Positions 36,093-48,599 of a DNA stretch of 64,000 bases are shown in pieces. Under the pieces are notes generated by a model. It was not told where the DNA came from and did no database searches. It was given only the letters and a program-made list of their open reading frames with translations. The position numbers were made by a program, and so were the translations under genes. This stretch comes from Glaucostegus cemiculus. Its lineage: Eukaryota. How positions within the stretch are numbered: the first letter of the stretch is position 1; each line of letters starts with the position of its first letter. The stretch lies in NCBI GenBank assembly GCA_976551045.1, contig CDPCPM010000106.1, forward strand, positions 33,542,001-33,606,000, in the 5' to 3' direction.

Positions 36093-37261
36093 AGTAAAAA
36101 ACAAACTGCTCCATTCTCTCCATTGTGGAAGGATTTGAGTTCATAGATATTTTATACTTTCACAAAAGGTCCACAGCATTATTTCAAAGAAGCGAAATCT
36201 CACCAGTGCCTTGTGTATCATTCACTTCTCCACTGACATCACAACACAAATTACATGACCAATGCTAAACCACCATTTGATTAGCACAAGTCTCTCCCCT
36301 TTACCCTGCAGCACAATAGTGACAAGGCTTCATAAGTACCTAATTGAATGTAAAGCTCTTGGGGTGACCTGAGGATGTGTAGAGTTCTTTAGAAATGCAC
36401 ATTTTCCTAATGAAAAGTGTTGTTTGCAATAGGCAGCTCATACAATATGATTAGTATGCAATTGCAGGCAGTTCAACTTTACATCTAACTTCTGCTGCAC
36501 TTAACCTAAACTTCAGTCTTAAGGCTGGGTGACAAGGAAGTACAAATAATGAGCCTGAATTTGAGACAATATAATGGTGAGGCATATGGCTTTTTGGCTA
36601 CTTACTAACTTGAATGGCATTCCAGGTGGTGAAACACAATTTCAACAGCAACAATAGCTGGGTTTATAGGTGGGAAAGTACAAAAGGCTAAGATTTCTCC
36701 TCACCTCGCCTTTTGGAAAAATTGTTGTCTTATATGCCAAAGTCTGCTGTCTAAGTTCTTCCATTCTGGTAATAACTTCCTGTAACCACATTTCTGATAT
36801 TTGGATCAACATCAACAGCTATTGACTGTGATGAAGTGGATAAATTTGCATCACAAATATTTAGAACCTTTTTCTCAATGTGGCAGTTGTTAATGAATGT
36901 CAATCAATCTATCCAGCACCAAAAATTAAATCTTCTCAGTGCGTAGTCTCATTGTGTTGTAAATTGTTGCAGATATTTTATTGATTTAGATTTTTTTTTA
37001 GGAGTGTCTCTTCTCTTTTCTCTCTCTCTTTCAGTCCAATTGTTTCTTGTCTTTATTTCAGGTGTGAACTTTTAAGGACCACTCCTGGGGTCAAAGCTGT
37101 GAGGAGAAGTTCCACGACATGGAAAATGCCACCTGTAATATCTGCTCCCGGAATAGTGTCACACAAGAGAGCCCACTCCTGCTGTTTTGAAACTGGCACT
37201 AACATGTTTTGCAATTTTTGCACAATTTGAAAATAAAAAATACAAAAATTGCAAAACATGT

Positions 37262-37797
37262 TTGTGCAATTGTCTGTAATTCTGGTCACCCCATTACAGG
37301 AAGGATATGGAAGTTTTGGAAAAGGTACAGAAGTTTACCAAGATACTATCTGGATTAGAGGGTATCAGCTATAACGAGAGGCTGAACAAACTTGGGTTGC
37401 TTTCACTGGAGCGCCGGAGGCTGACAGGAGACCTGATAGAAGTTTAAAAAAGTATGAGAGGCATAGATGGGGTAGACAGTCAGAATCTTTCTCCTGAGGT
37501 AGAGATGTCAAGTACCAGATGACATGCATCTGAGGTGAGGGGGGAAAGTTCAAAGGAGGTGTGCAGGGAAAGTTTTTTTACACAGAGAGTGGTACATGCC
37601 TGGAATGGGCTGCCAAGGGGAGTGGTGAAAGCAGATATGATAGTGGCATATATGAGTGTTTTAGATAGGCACATTATACAGGGAAAGGAGGGATATGAAT
37701 CACGTGCCTGAAGAAGAAATTTAGTTTAATTTGGCATTGTGGTCGGTGCAGACATTGTGGGCTGAAGGGCCTGTTCCTGTGCTGTACTGTTCTATAT
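37262..37797 (+). mobile_element. CR1 3' fragment
   Basis: TTCTGGTCACCCCATTACAGGAAGGAT (FWSPHYRKD), FFTQRVV.AWN.LP, CR1 tail. Confidence 0.92.
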
Positions 37798-37944
37798 CAA
37801 CAATGTTTTAATGCTGAAAACAATTCAGACTAATTTCTGCATCAACATTTCGAATGGCTGAATATTAAGTGACAAAAACAAGAGGCAATGTGAGAAAAAG
37901 CTTTCTTAATGAACAAATGGTTAGCGGAGGAGCAGTGCCTGCTG

Positions 37945-38255
37945 TAGATGCTGTCAGTGAGCCATCGTCAAAGATTGTCCATCGTCAAAGATCCCCACCA
38001 TCAGGGCCGTGCCATCTTCTTGCAGCTCCCGTCAGGCAGGAGGTACAGAAGCCTGAAGTCCCACACCACCAGGTTCAGAAACAGCTACTTCCCTTCAAGC
38101 ATTCAGTTCTTGAACCAACTGGCACAACCCTAACCCTACCTCTACCTCAGCAACGGAACACTATGGACCACCTCTTGCACTGCCGTAGACTTGTCTCTGA
38201 TTGTGCCTTTGTGTTTTGCACCAATGTCTTGTTTTGGAGTCTTTCTTTTCTTCAC
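37945..38255 (+). mobile_element. Rex1/Babar 3' fragment
   Basis: SIVKDPHH..LPSGRRYRSLKSHTTRFRNSYFP. Confidence 0.9.
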
Positions 38256-38257
38256 TG

Positions 38258-38561
38258 TATGGTACATGTAGCGGTTAACATAATGCTATTACAGTGCCAG
38301 TGACCCGGGTTCGATTCCAGCCACTGTCTGTAAGGAGTTTGTACATGCTCCCCGTGTCTGCATGGGTTTCCTCCGGGTGCTCTGGTTTCCTCCCACATTC
38401 CAAAAACATATGGGTTAGGAGCTGAGGGCATGCAACATTGATGCCGGAATAGTGGCAACACTTGCGGGCTGCCCACAGCACATTCTCAGTAATGCAAAAA
38501 GATGCATTTCATTGTGTGTTTTGATGTACATGTGACTAATAAATGAATACCTATCTATCTA
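38258..38561 (+). mobile_element. V-SINE, Rex1-like tail
   Basis: B box GGTTCGATTCC, V-domain, GTACATGTGACTAATAAA, (CTAT)n. Confidence 0.9.
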
Positions 38562-39299
38562 TGGTATGGTAGGGAGGTGGGAGCAGCTTCAGTGTTGGTC
38601 CTTAACATGGAATGGGATGTACACCTGAAGAAAAAGATTGGAGGGTTATGGAGGAAGAGCAGAAAGTGGATTGCTCCATGGAAGAGCCAGCACAATGGCC
38701 AGAATGGCTTCTTGTTGTGTTTTCCCATTCAAATACTCAATTGCCCTGTCTACAGGTCCCAAATGCATTGTCACCCTTGAGGTAATGCCAGAGAGAGAGT
38801 GAGACGTGTCAGGGACAGATTAACAAATGGAGGCACTGTTAGATATCTTGCAAAATACCTGGCTCACAAATGAGAGCAGAAATGCCTTAGTAAAGTCAAA
38901 TGGTACAGTCACTAAAACCACCAAGTGCTGGCACTGTGAATACTCCGAGGCCAAACTCTGAAGGGTCTAATTATGATGGGGAATGATAGGTCACACAGAG
39001 GTAAGGCAGCGAAGGAAAACATCTGCTGTAGGACAATAGCTGTTGACGGTAGACAACTTCTGGAGACCTGGGGGAGCCAAAACAGCAAGTGCATGTTAGT
39101 TGTCAACAAGGATTGCTGAAAGGAACATTAAATGACTGTTAAAGTACCCAGAATTCAGATTATTAACAGTTTTGGGAGTTCAGGAGAATTCAGAGGAATT
39201 CAGAACAGATTTAAAAATAAATCTGACTCTTGTTAAATTACCCAAAAATCAGGCAGCAGGAAGTCAGCTGCATCAGTAGCTTCTCTTATACTTGGGCAG

Positions 39300-39830
39300 T
39301 GCTCCCACTCCGGTCCTGTGGGTCCTGAGGTTGCTGGTGAGGCCAAGGTGGGGTCCACAAACTCATCCACATCTGGGCCAGGTGACGCTTGACAGGACAG
39401 GCAGGTGGGTCCTTGCAGGAGGTGGAATCCTCTTTCCTTTCACTGGGTTTCCACAAGATCCCAACAGAATTCACTCGAGATTCTCAGTGCCTTTCCAAAT
39501 GCTCCTCTATCTTGGGAGGACAGATGCTAGGGATTCCAGTGACTCAGTGGGAGTTACCTTTTCTCAATAAGGCATTTTGAAAACGTCCATGAAACCTTTC
39601 CCCTGTGCACGCAGTGGAGCTCGGGGAAGAGTATGTGTTTTGGGAGTCTGGTGACAGATATGTGGATGATGAGGGTCCCCTAGGTGGAATGTGTCAGCTG
39701 AGTGAGGTTACAGATACAGTGCTGGGAATACTGGTTTGGGAGAGGATGCTGATGTGGGCTTGCTTCTTCTTCCAGTTGGATTTGGATGATTTTGCAGAGC
39801 AGCACAAAGGGAGCACAAGGAGGAAGATCC
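39300..39830 (-). mobile_element. RTE LINE C-terminal remnant
   Basis: Reverse strand gives SILSQTSIPS..RLPK.ILFPELH..FQNALLRK..WESLASV-like motifs. Confidence 0.65.
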
Positions 39831-39984
39831 CACTGGCATCAATGTTCCCCACTACCAGTTACACTACAAAACCACAGCCCAGCCAACAATCCAGAGTGTG
39901 TCTGATGGTGTGTGCCTCATGGTGTTCACTCTCTGCAGCTTCCTGCAGGTTTTCAATCAGATTCAGTCCAAGCAACTGGCTGCA

Positions 39985-40530
39985 CAGTGGTGCAGCTGGT
40001 ACACCTGCTACTTCACGGCTCCTGCAACCCCTTTTAAATCCTGATGTCCAAGTACTGTCTGTGTGGAGTTTTCACATTCTCCTTCTGACCACATAGTTTT
40101 CTCCCGCATCCTGTTACAATGCCAGCGACCCGGGTTCACTTCCTGCTGCTATCTGTAAGGAGTTTGTACATTCTCCCCATGTCTGCGTGGGTTCCTCTGG
40201 GTGCTCCAGTTTCCTCCGACATTCCAAAGACATACAGGTTAGGAACTGTGGGCATGCTATGTTGGCGCCGGAAGAGTGGCGACACTTGCGGGCTGCCCTC
40301 AGTGCATTCTCAATAAGTCAAAAAGAAACATTTCACTGTGTGTTTTGATGTACATGTGACTAATAAATAAATATTTTTTCTTAGGTTAGTGGCTAATTGG
40401 CCACTGTAAATTGCCTGGACTGTAGAATTGGTGGGGAGAATTGCTGAGAAAAATCAGAGGGTGGAAGAGATTGCTCAGTAAGCCAGCACATACATGATGG
40501 GCTGAATGGCCTTCTTCTATTGCCATTGTG
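39985..40530 (+). mobile_element. HE1-type V-SINE with a second V-SINE nested inside (~40110-40375)
   Basis: Two heads and two V-domains; outer tail GATGGGCTGAATGGCC, inner tail GTACATGTGACTAATAAA. Confidence 0.85.
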
Positions 40531-41025
40531 AAATTGAGATATGGTAATGTTTAGTTGAAGTTGCCCTCTGATCCCCATCACCCCATGATGACAGAAACAT
40601 CTGAGATCCTCCCTGCACAGTGACCATTTCAGATCCCATCCTCACACTGGAAATTCCTTGAATTCTTCCCATTTATAGCACATTGGGTTCTTGTAAAAGC
40701 TGCCAGCCAGCTGGTGTTCTACGTCCTTTCCATAAAGTATCTCTCACCTAGAAAAACACTGCTTTCAATAGACACAAACTGCAGCCTGGATGACACATTG
40801 GCCGGATGTGTGGAGGTTTAATGCCAATGTTACTACAGTGGTCAAGGATGGAGGCAAACCATTCAGCAGTGCGAGCCTGCAGCTGATGGTAAACCTCAGC
40901 TGTTTCTCTGCACTGGGACAAAGGAAGGGTGGTTGAGCATGATTTGGGGTCCTTTGGGACTATCATACTGCTTAAGATGCCAAATTTTGGTTCCTCATCA
41001 TTAAGTAAATGAGTTCCATGTTACA

Positions 41026-41089
41026 TTCCTCATGTAATGTGTTCCTCATGTGATGTGTTCCTCATGTGATGTGTTCCTCATGTAATGTA
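41026..41089. repeat. Minisatellite, 4 x 16 bp (TTCCTCATGTRATGTG)
   Basis: Units start at 41026, 41042, 41058, 41074. Confidence 0.95.
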
Positions 41090-41459
41090 GCAGCTCCTCC
41101 AAAGAAGTGCGGCTCCAGCATCAATGAACAAGCCCAACAAAAACCACGATTAACAGCTGACCGTTTTGCGGGGCATTCACAACTCAGCTCATTTTGGACT
41201 TCTGCGGACGGCTGAGACCAGCTGCAGGTCAGATGCCATTCAACCTCCCACTCTGCTGCTCAGCCAACCCCAGAGCCCAGCAGTGGCGTGCGGATGTACT
41301 GGAGAGAGGATCAGGATGCACTTCGCACCTGACTCGCAGCTTTGTGCCATCTTGCAGTAAGTGGAGGTAAATCTTTAAACTACTTTATTTTGGCTTGCAG
41401 GATGGTGCCAGAGCATGGCAACTCATTGCAAGCTTCTCTCTGCAGATCTACTCACTACT

Positions 41460-41632
41460 TCTATTATAATCATTCTACTCTTTTAAATCTAAATTCTATG
41501 CTGTTGTTGCTTTTACTTGTACTGCCTCAATGTACTTATGTTTTGAAATGATCTGTATGGATGGCATGCAAAACAAAGTTTTTCTTTTCACTGTATCTCA
41601 GTTCATGTGACATGAATAAATCAATTACCAAT
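41460..41632 (+). mobile_element. Rex1-type 3' tail
   Basis: ATCTGTATGGATGGCATGCAAA..TTTCACTGT..CATGTGA..AATAAA, same as 50086-50310. Confidence 0.7.
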
Positions 41633-42024
41633 TTTATTTCACTCTATTTCAATTTATTTGATTATTCATCAACATTATGTACTTTATTTATTTTTAAATA
41701 ACTTTTACTTCTTTTAATTATTTAGGACCATTTTACCTTCTCTGTAATTGTACATCTCTCACTATGTTTATTTCTTTTCTTCCTTCCTTTCCTGAAGATG
41801 ATGTTTGGATTAAGTGGCCTCTTTGTACCAAATGCTACGTACGCTGTGTAATTCTGTGTAGCAGTACTATGGTTGGTCAAGGAGTGTTTGATTTAAACCC
41901 CTGAGTGCCTAAAATAGTAATATGTTTGTGTGTAAGATTTGTTAATACATTTAAATAAATTGTTAACAAGATAACAACTGAAGTGAGGCTCTACCTTATA
42001 GGTGGTGGAATATAGATTATAATC

Positions 42025-42120
42025 TAAAATGTTAACTCCTTCCACAAATGCTGCCTGATCTGCTGAGTGTTTCCAGCATTTTTATTCTATTTCAGATTTG
42101 TAGTATCCTCAGGTTGTTTA
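42025..42120 (+). mobile_element. Degenerate PLE terminal repeat
   Basis: CCACAAATGCTGCCTGATCTGCTGAGTGTTTCCAGCATT. Confidence 0.7.
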
Positions 42121-43493
42121 TTTTCCATTGCTGAGGGAGTATATAACCTGATCATCGTTTGTCAGATATTTTTCTAGTTTGATTGTATATCATTTTCAAA
42201 TATTTATATCCATACAATGTTTGAAGGTACTATTATAATGACATATTCATTTGAATAACTAGTTCAGTTGGTTCCATTGAAGATCTGTGAGTTGTGTATT
42301 GCTGATGGGAGTTTGATTCGATAACCAATTGTGGAAGCACACTTCCTTGTTTATAAAGGTAGACTAAAACAAAGGTGACCTTGCACTAAATTGCCACCAA
42401 GAAACAATCAAATGCTCAAGGCGAGCCATCATTAAGTCATAAATTACAATTAATAAAATAGCTGCATTAATCATACTTAATGAGTGTATAATCACCAGGA
42501 TCAATATTTCATTCAGGATGAATGATAAGCCCAACACTGAACAACTGCACAGATACACAACACATTTTTAAATAAAACTAAATCCAAGCTGGCTGGAATT
42601 AAAACCACATCATTCAAATTTGAAGTTATAAACATTAATGAGTCTGACACATGAAATAATTTGCAATCATTCAAGCACTTGGAAAGGCAGGATTGTTTCT
42701 AAGGAAGGCCTTTGGTCATCGATTGTCTCTTGTGTTTCCTCTGTGAGGCTGAACATGTCCAGCTTTAATCTGAAGTCTGCAGATTGATTGATTAAAGCAT
42801 AAAAATAAAAAACATGCACTGTTCTCAAGTTTTGGTTCGGTGAGCGCTAAGATAACTATCTTGACTGAAAGCACTCTTCAGAGAGATGCTTCTTCTTCTG
42901 AATATCCCTCCCCTCCAGCCTTAAACACATCACAGCAGAGAATGGAAATAAAAGATAATAGTATATTCATTTTAAGATCTGATGGGAGCATTGAGCTTCT
43001 TAGAACACGTAAGCAGGACACTGGTTGATGGTCTACTGACCTTGAAAGTGGAGTCAGTTTGGACAGAAGGGTGACTATACAGCTCCCTGAGGAGAAACCA
43101 AAGTCAACCAGTTAAGAGCTGACCTGGTGCCTGCTCTCACACCCAACCTGTGATTGCTACAAAGATTCTACTATGCAACACTCCTTCGGTCTCTCATTTG
43201 TTCGATAATGGCCCTGCACAGTTCAGGACCTTGTTGAAGTCAACTTCTGAGCTTTGCATTATGCCTGAAAATGGGAGGTAATGTGAATTTGGCCGATGGA
43301 CACTGGAGGAAAATGTAATCCTCGAATGCGTTTCAAACCTGACCTTTTCCCTCACCCACGTTTCCCCTTTACAAAGGCACCAATTCAGACTGTAATGTTG
43401 TTCTTCAACTACATTCCAATGCCTACACCATGAGGGTTTCAGAGAATGGGGGCCCACTCACACATGAATGGAAATTGGGCAGGTTAGAGTATA

Positions 43494-43630
43494 GGAGACA
43501 TAAGAGACTGGAGATGCTGGAATCTGAGCAACAAACAATCTGCTGGAGGAACAATCTGCTGGGTCGAGCAACATCTGTTGGGGGAAAGGGGTTGTTGACG
43601 CTTCCAGTCAATATCCTGTTCCAGGATTTG
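43494..43630 (-). mobile_element. PLE terminal repeat with internal duplication of AACAATCTGCTGG
   Basis: GGAGACATAAGAGACTGGAGATGCTGGAATCTGAGCAAC. Confidence 0.8.
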
Positions 43631-43649
43631 TAAGGATTGCTTGATGGGA

Positions 43650-43830
43650 TGGTTCATCAGTAGCTGCAAATATGGATGTAGTTATTATTATTTTGGTTGT
43701 TACCACATTGAATGAGGCATCTTACTGTGCACAACTGAGCTGCCTCATTTCTTACAACAGTGATTACACGTGAAAAGTATTTTTCAGCTATAAACCATCT
43801 GGGCCATCCTGAAATGAATACAGATTGTAT
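43650..43830 (+). mobile_element. Deu-type SINE 3' remnant
   Basis: ATCTTACTGTGCACAA..GCTGCC..ACAACAGTGATTACAC..AAAAGTA. Confidence 0.5.
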
Positions 43831-44587
43831 TAAAACTTGTAATGAGAACGGAACAGGGAACTGGGAAGGTAGATATACTAAGCAAGTGGGCATTGCATGA
43901 CTCCATGTATGTGTTTTGGGGCCGATTTCTAGGGATGCTGGGTAGCACAGGATTAACAGGGAAGCTGTCTGTGGTGTGTGTACTTGTTGGACAGGAGTCT
44001 GGATCTGTTGTGAGTGCTTGGCCGGAAGACATTTACGGTGGAATGCGTGCTTGTAACATCAAATGGTGTGTGAGCTACTGCTGGGGGCGTTCGATAGAGT
44101 GGGAGCACGTCCATCCCTGGGGAATAAGGAACATGACAGGGTGTTATGGGTTGAAACAGGCATGGCACAAGCTCTTGGAAATTGCGACTCTTTTAAATAA
44201 TATTGCAATATGTAGATCCTTGGCTGATTGCCTCTGAAAATAAGGTGAGTCACTGTCAGGCCATGGTAGGTGCCCTGGAGGTATAGCAAGATCAGAGATT
44301 AGAAAACAAGGAACTTTGGATACTGGTGGAGTTTTGGTTGATATGGAGTTATGGGTGAATCCATGCACGTGCAGGATCAATAATTCTTTTGTTCTAAAGC
44401 TTTAAAGTTTCAAAGTCTTTATGATGATTTTATGATTGTGCTTTAAGCTGTAATGTCCATTTCACCCTTGAGAGTAAGCCATGTTTTGTATTCTGAATTG
44501 ACTTAAGTATCAATTCTCTGTGAGGTTACAAATTATGCAAGAGGTTCGGTTGCACAAGAGGTGCTTGTGGATTCCTTTGATTTACAT

Positions 44588-44650
44588 TAGGAGAGAGAAG
44601 GACAGAGAGAAACAGAGAAAGAGAAAGAGAGAGAGAGAAAGAAAGGAAAA
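44588..44650. repeat. (GA)n purine tract
   Basis: Direct reading. Confidence 0.9.
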
Positions 44651-46004
44651 TAAGAATGGAGAGGAAATTAAAAAGGTGCTGTCTGTATTGTTAGCGAGTT
44701 TAAATTCTAGGTAATATGATGTGAAAAATTCTGTTATTTAACCCGAAATAGAGTTGCCAGACCTCTTAAGTTTCAAGAGGTGTTGCTTTTTAAAGAAGCG
44801 GTGCGAATGTGAGAGCTGTGTGAGGTTCCACCTACTTTTGTCTCTTTTGCTTTGTTCTTTGACACACGTAAAAATTTTATTTCACTTCTTTAAAATTTTA
44901 CAGTTATTTGTAAAAGTCCCTGAAGAAGGAAAGAGCAAGCAACTATGTTGTATTTCTTATCTCTGTTTCTAAGCACACTGTCTTTCTTCCTTCTATTTAC
45001 CTCTGTTTGTTATCTAAACTCATACTGGAAGAGATAATGATTTGAATTCCACAATGGTCATGTGCAATTCCACTTTATATGCAGAATCATGTGACTGTTT
45101 CTAATTATGGATATAAATGGATACCCATTTTTGAACAATTGGTATTTTGGGAAATTGTTTGGAACAACAGGAGCAATTTCAAATGTCTTCTTTAACAAGA
45201 ATATCTTTCACCAAAGGTTAGTCATTATTTCACTGGAAATTTTGCTGTTTATAACTGATTCCTCTTTTCTGTTGCTCTTTCGAATATTTTTTCTTTTTAG
45301 TTTGGTTACAGTTAAATGTAACTTTAGTCCCACAGAATGCAAATGAATAATTCAGATTGTACCAGTTGGAACATTTAATAAAACACAATCTAAGTTGGGT
45401 TAGGAAGCCCCAGTCAACATTATGGGCACTTTTGTGAACAAGGGTTAGCTTGTGGAAAAAAATGAAATAAGGATGAATATTGGGAACTGTGAGAGAACTG
45501 TTGGAGCTGCGTGTGGGGAGGGAAGGGGGCAGGTTTTTAAGTTTAGCCACCTGTTTCACTCCTGCTCCTGAGTAGAAGCCTTGAAGCTCACCAGAATGAC
45601 CATAACTTAAAATTGGTGTTCAAGAGGACATACATGTCCTAGAAGGGAAAACTTTAAATTTTGTAACACAAAGGCCTGCATCACAAAACAATAAACTTAA
45701 AGTAATGGCATAGACATATTTTTTATTGTGTTTCACACAGAAAGCAACCATGAAACCACTGGGTATCAAAGGGATATGGCATGGGAGAATAGAAAGGTGC
45801 TGGGGATTCTCTTGGGATTTGCCACCCAGATTCATGGGACGTAAAAGGCATCCTGACTGTCAGCCCCTCATTACAGGAACAGTGAATGATGAACATCTAT
45901 GTCTTGCCTCTGTTACTGCTGACTCAAGCGGACCGCAGGACAAGGGAGGGTGCAAACACAGAGGGCACAGAAAGAATTCCTCCATCAGCAAAATGAGCAA
46001 TGGT

Positions 46005-46160
46005 ACATAGAACATAGAATAGTACAGCACAGGAACAGGCCCTTCAGCCCACAATATCTGTGCTGAACACAATGCTGTATTAAACTAAATCTCTTCTGTC
46101 TGTACATGATCCATATCCCTCCATTCCCTGCATGCTCATGTGTCTATCTAACAGCACATA
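46005..46160 (-). mobile_element. CR1 3' tail
   Basis: ACATAGAACATAGAATAGTACAGCACAGGAACAGGCCCTTCAGCCC. Confidence 0.85.
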
Positions 46161-46571
46161 ACAAGCCACCCAGAACTATAACTGTAACTACTTTCCCCAA
46201 AGCCTCTAGTGAACTGGCCAATGGTCAGACCCAACTGTTAACCATGCCTGTTCTCTGAAGTTTCCTTGCTCAGTGGGAAGGCCATCAACCCAAAATGTTA
46301 GCTCTGTTTCTCTCTCCAGAGCTGTTATCTGACCATCTGAGTGTTCCTAGTATTTCCCATTTTTATTTTGTGAAAGAGATTGCATTAACTTCTACACTGA
46401 TCCTATTCATATTTATTCTTAAGGAGTACCATGGTAACGGGAGACTTGAACATAATCTCATTAGGGTAAAGGAATTCTCAATGGCTAATATCTATTGGGC
46501 TATGGAGAATTCACACATCAAAACGGAAACAAATCACAAACTAGCTATGGAACTCTTTAGGGAAGTGTGTT

Positions 46572-46922
46572 CTCTGCCATCTTTTCACAGCTACCATTGG
46601 GCAGGAGGTACAGAAGCCTGAAGTCCCACACCACCAGGTTTAAGAACAGCCACTTCCCTTCAACCGTTCAGTCTTGAACTAACCAGCACAACCCTAATCA
46701 CTACAGTTTAGCAACACCATGACCACTTTGATCACTTCGCACTTAAATGGATTTTTGTTTTTTATGTTCTAATTGTGCTCTTGTAAAAATCATGTAGAAT
46801 TTATGTATAATTTATGCTTTTCTTGGGAATGTTGTGTATCTGATGCTATGTGCCTGTGATGTTGCTTCAGGTAAGTTTTTCATTGCACTTGTGCATATGA
46901 CAATAAACCCGACTTTGACTTT
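46572..46922 (+). mobile_element. Rex1/Babar 3' fragment
   Basis: GGCAGGAGGTACAGAAGCCTGAAGTCCCACACC...AATAAACCCGACTTTGACTTT. Confidence 0.9.
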
Positions 46923-46949
46923 GCAAGTTTTATCCTCTAAAGATGTGTC

Positions 46950-48470
46950 CCACTGAAGTAATAAATTCTAAGAGGGATGCTGAGAAGTTGTTTTCCCACA
47001 GGGGGAGTGGCTCCAACCAGGGGCACAGGTTCAGATGTGTGGGGCTTAGACAAGAGAAATTTCTTCCCTCGACAGGTTGTGAACCTCCATAGAGGACTGT
47101 GGGTCGATCACTGAGACAAATATCAGTAGATTTTTGGACAGGAGGGGAATCATTAGATGTGGGAATCAGGCAGGAAAATGGATGAGGTAAAGGATCAACT
47201 ATACTGGATGCCAAAGTGTGCTCAGGTAACAGTAATGTCTAATCCTTCTCCTATTTCTTTTGCTCCTAAGTTTTATATTCATAGCTGGATAGGATTCATT
47301 TCAAAGAACCCGATCCCGCTTTTATTGCCTAATTCTGCCATTCATGAGACAATATCAGGCAAGCCATATGCTGGAATTTGCATGGTCAATTTGACAGCCA
47401 GTGTCTCATTCAAACAATTCAGTCACTCATTTGAGTCATGCATCTTTATTGCTCTACAGACTGACATTCATATTACTTGACATCTTAATGTCCCCTTCAC
47501 AGAAATCTAACTTTTAAATTAAGATTGTCCAGCACAACATATTGGCACGAGTAGACATATTTCACAAAAAGCATCTTAGTTCCATTTGTACAGCTCTTAA
47601 TTTCTTTTGACACATGTAATTTGCCTCTGACTTCCAACCATTACTTGAATACCTACTTGTAATAATGTTTCAGCAGCAGTACTAAAGCTGGGTCTTCTGC
47701 ATCTTTCACATAACTTTAAAGAGAACCAAAAATCTGTTTTTTTCTTTTCTTAAAGTGAAGGATGCTAAATGTTCATTCAAGTTATTGAAGTGCATCCATT
47801 ATTGTCAGCATAACGACATAAGTATTTGTTTAGAGGCAGAGAGAAAGTTAATGTGCAGGTAAAAGCAGGTAATTAGGAAGACAAAGAGAATGAATTGCAA
47901 GGGAGATGGAGCGGTAGGCAGGTCTTGTATAACCGCACAGGGCATTTGTGAAGCTGCACTTAGAGTATTGCTTACAGCGTTGGTCTCCTTATGACCAGAG
48001 GAGAGGAGTACATCACTGGAGGCAGCTCAGAGTAGGTCAGTTCCTGTGATTAAGGCATTGATTTATGCAAATAAGTTGGCGATATATACTCCTTGGAGTT
48101 CAGAAGAATATGAGGTAAATTCTTTACAACATATAAGCGTCAGAGGGGACTTGAATGGGAGGACAGTCAGAGGATGATTCCCCTAATGGGGCATGGCTAG
48201 AACGAGATAGTTTCGAAATAAGGGGTCACCCACTTAAGATGGAGGTGAGGAAGAATTTCTTCTCTCAGAGAATCTTCAGAATTCTCTACCCCTGAGAGCT
48301 CTGGATGCAGAGTCATTGAAGATATTCTTGGCCAAGGTGGATTTTGGAACGTAGTGTCCAGGATGAAGAAGAAAAGATAGGGAAGTGGAGGTGAGGTTAA
48401 GATCTGATTCGCCATAAGCTTATTGACTGGTGGTACAGGCGAAATCAACCTTCTCCAATTTCTTAAAAGG
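46950..48470 (+). mobile_element. Two degenerate CR1 fragments (~46950-47275, ~47845-48470)
   Basis: GAGAAATTTCTTC..; CACTTAGAGTATTG (HLEYC); GAGGAAGAATTTCTTCTCTCAGAG. Confidence 0.65.
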
Positions 48471-48599
48471 GCAACATAGAGGCTGGCATGTATGTGATAC
48501 TTTAACAGAAAATGTCCACCAGCTGATAAACTCTATCAGTTAGTTCCATCTTTAACGCCTTAGAATATCTCAATGTTATTTCTCATATTTTCTTATGAC

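Noticed and set aside
41026-41089. Regular repeats as a CRISPR-like array
   Set aside because: Tandem units without spacers in vertebrate DNA; ordinary minisatellite
44077-44090. CTCF-like ACTGCTGGGGGCGT
   Set aside because: Mismatches at core positions; not supportable without ChIP data
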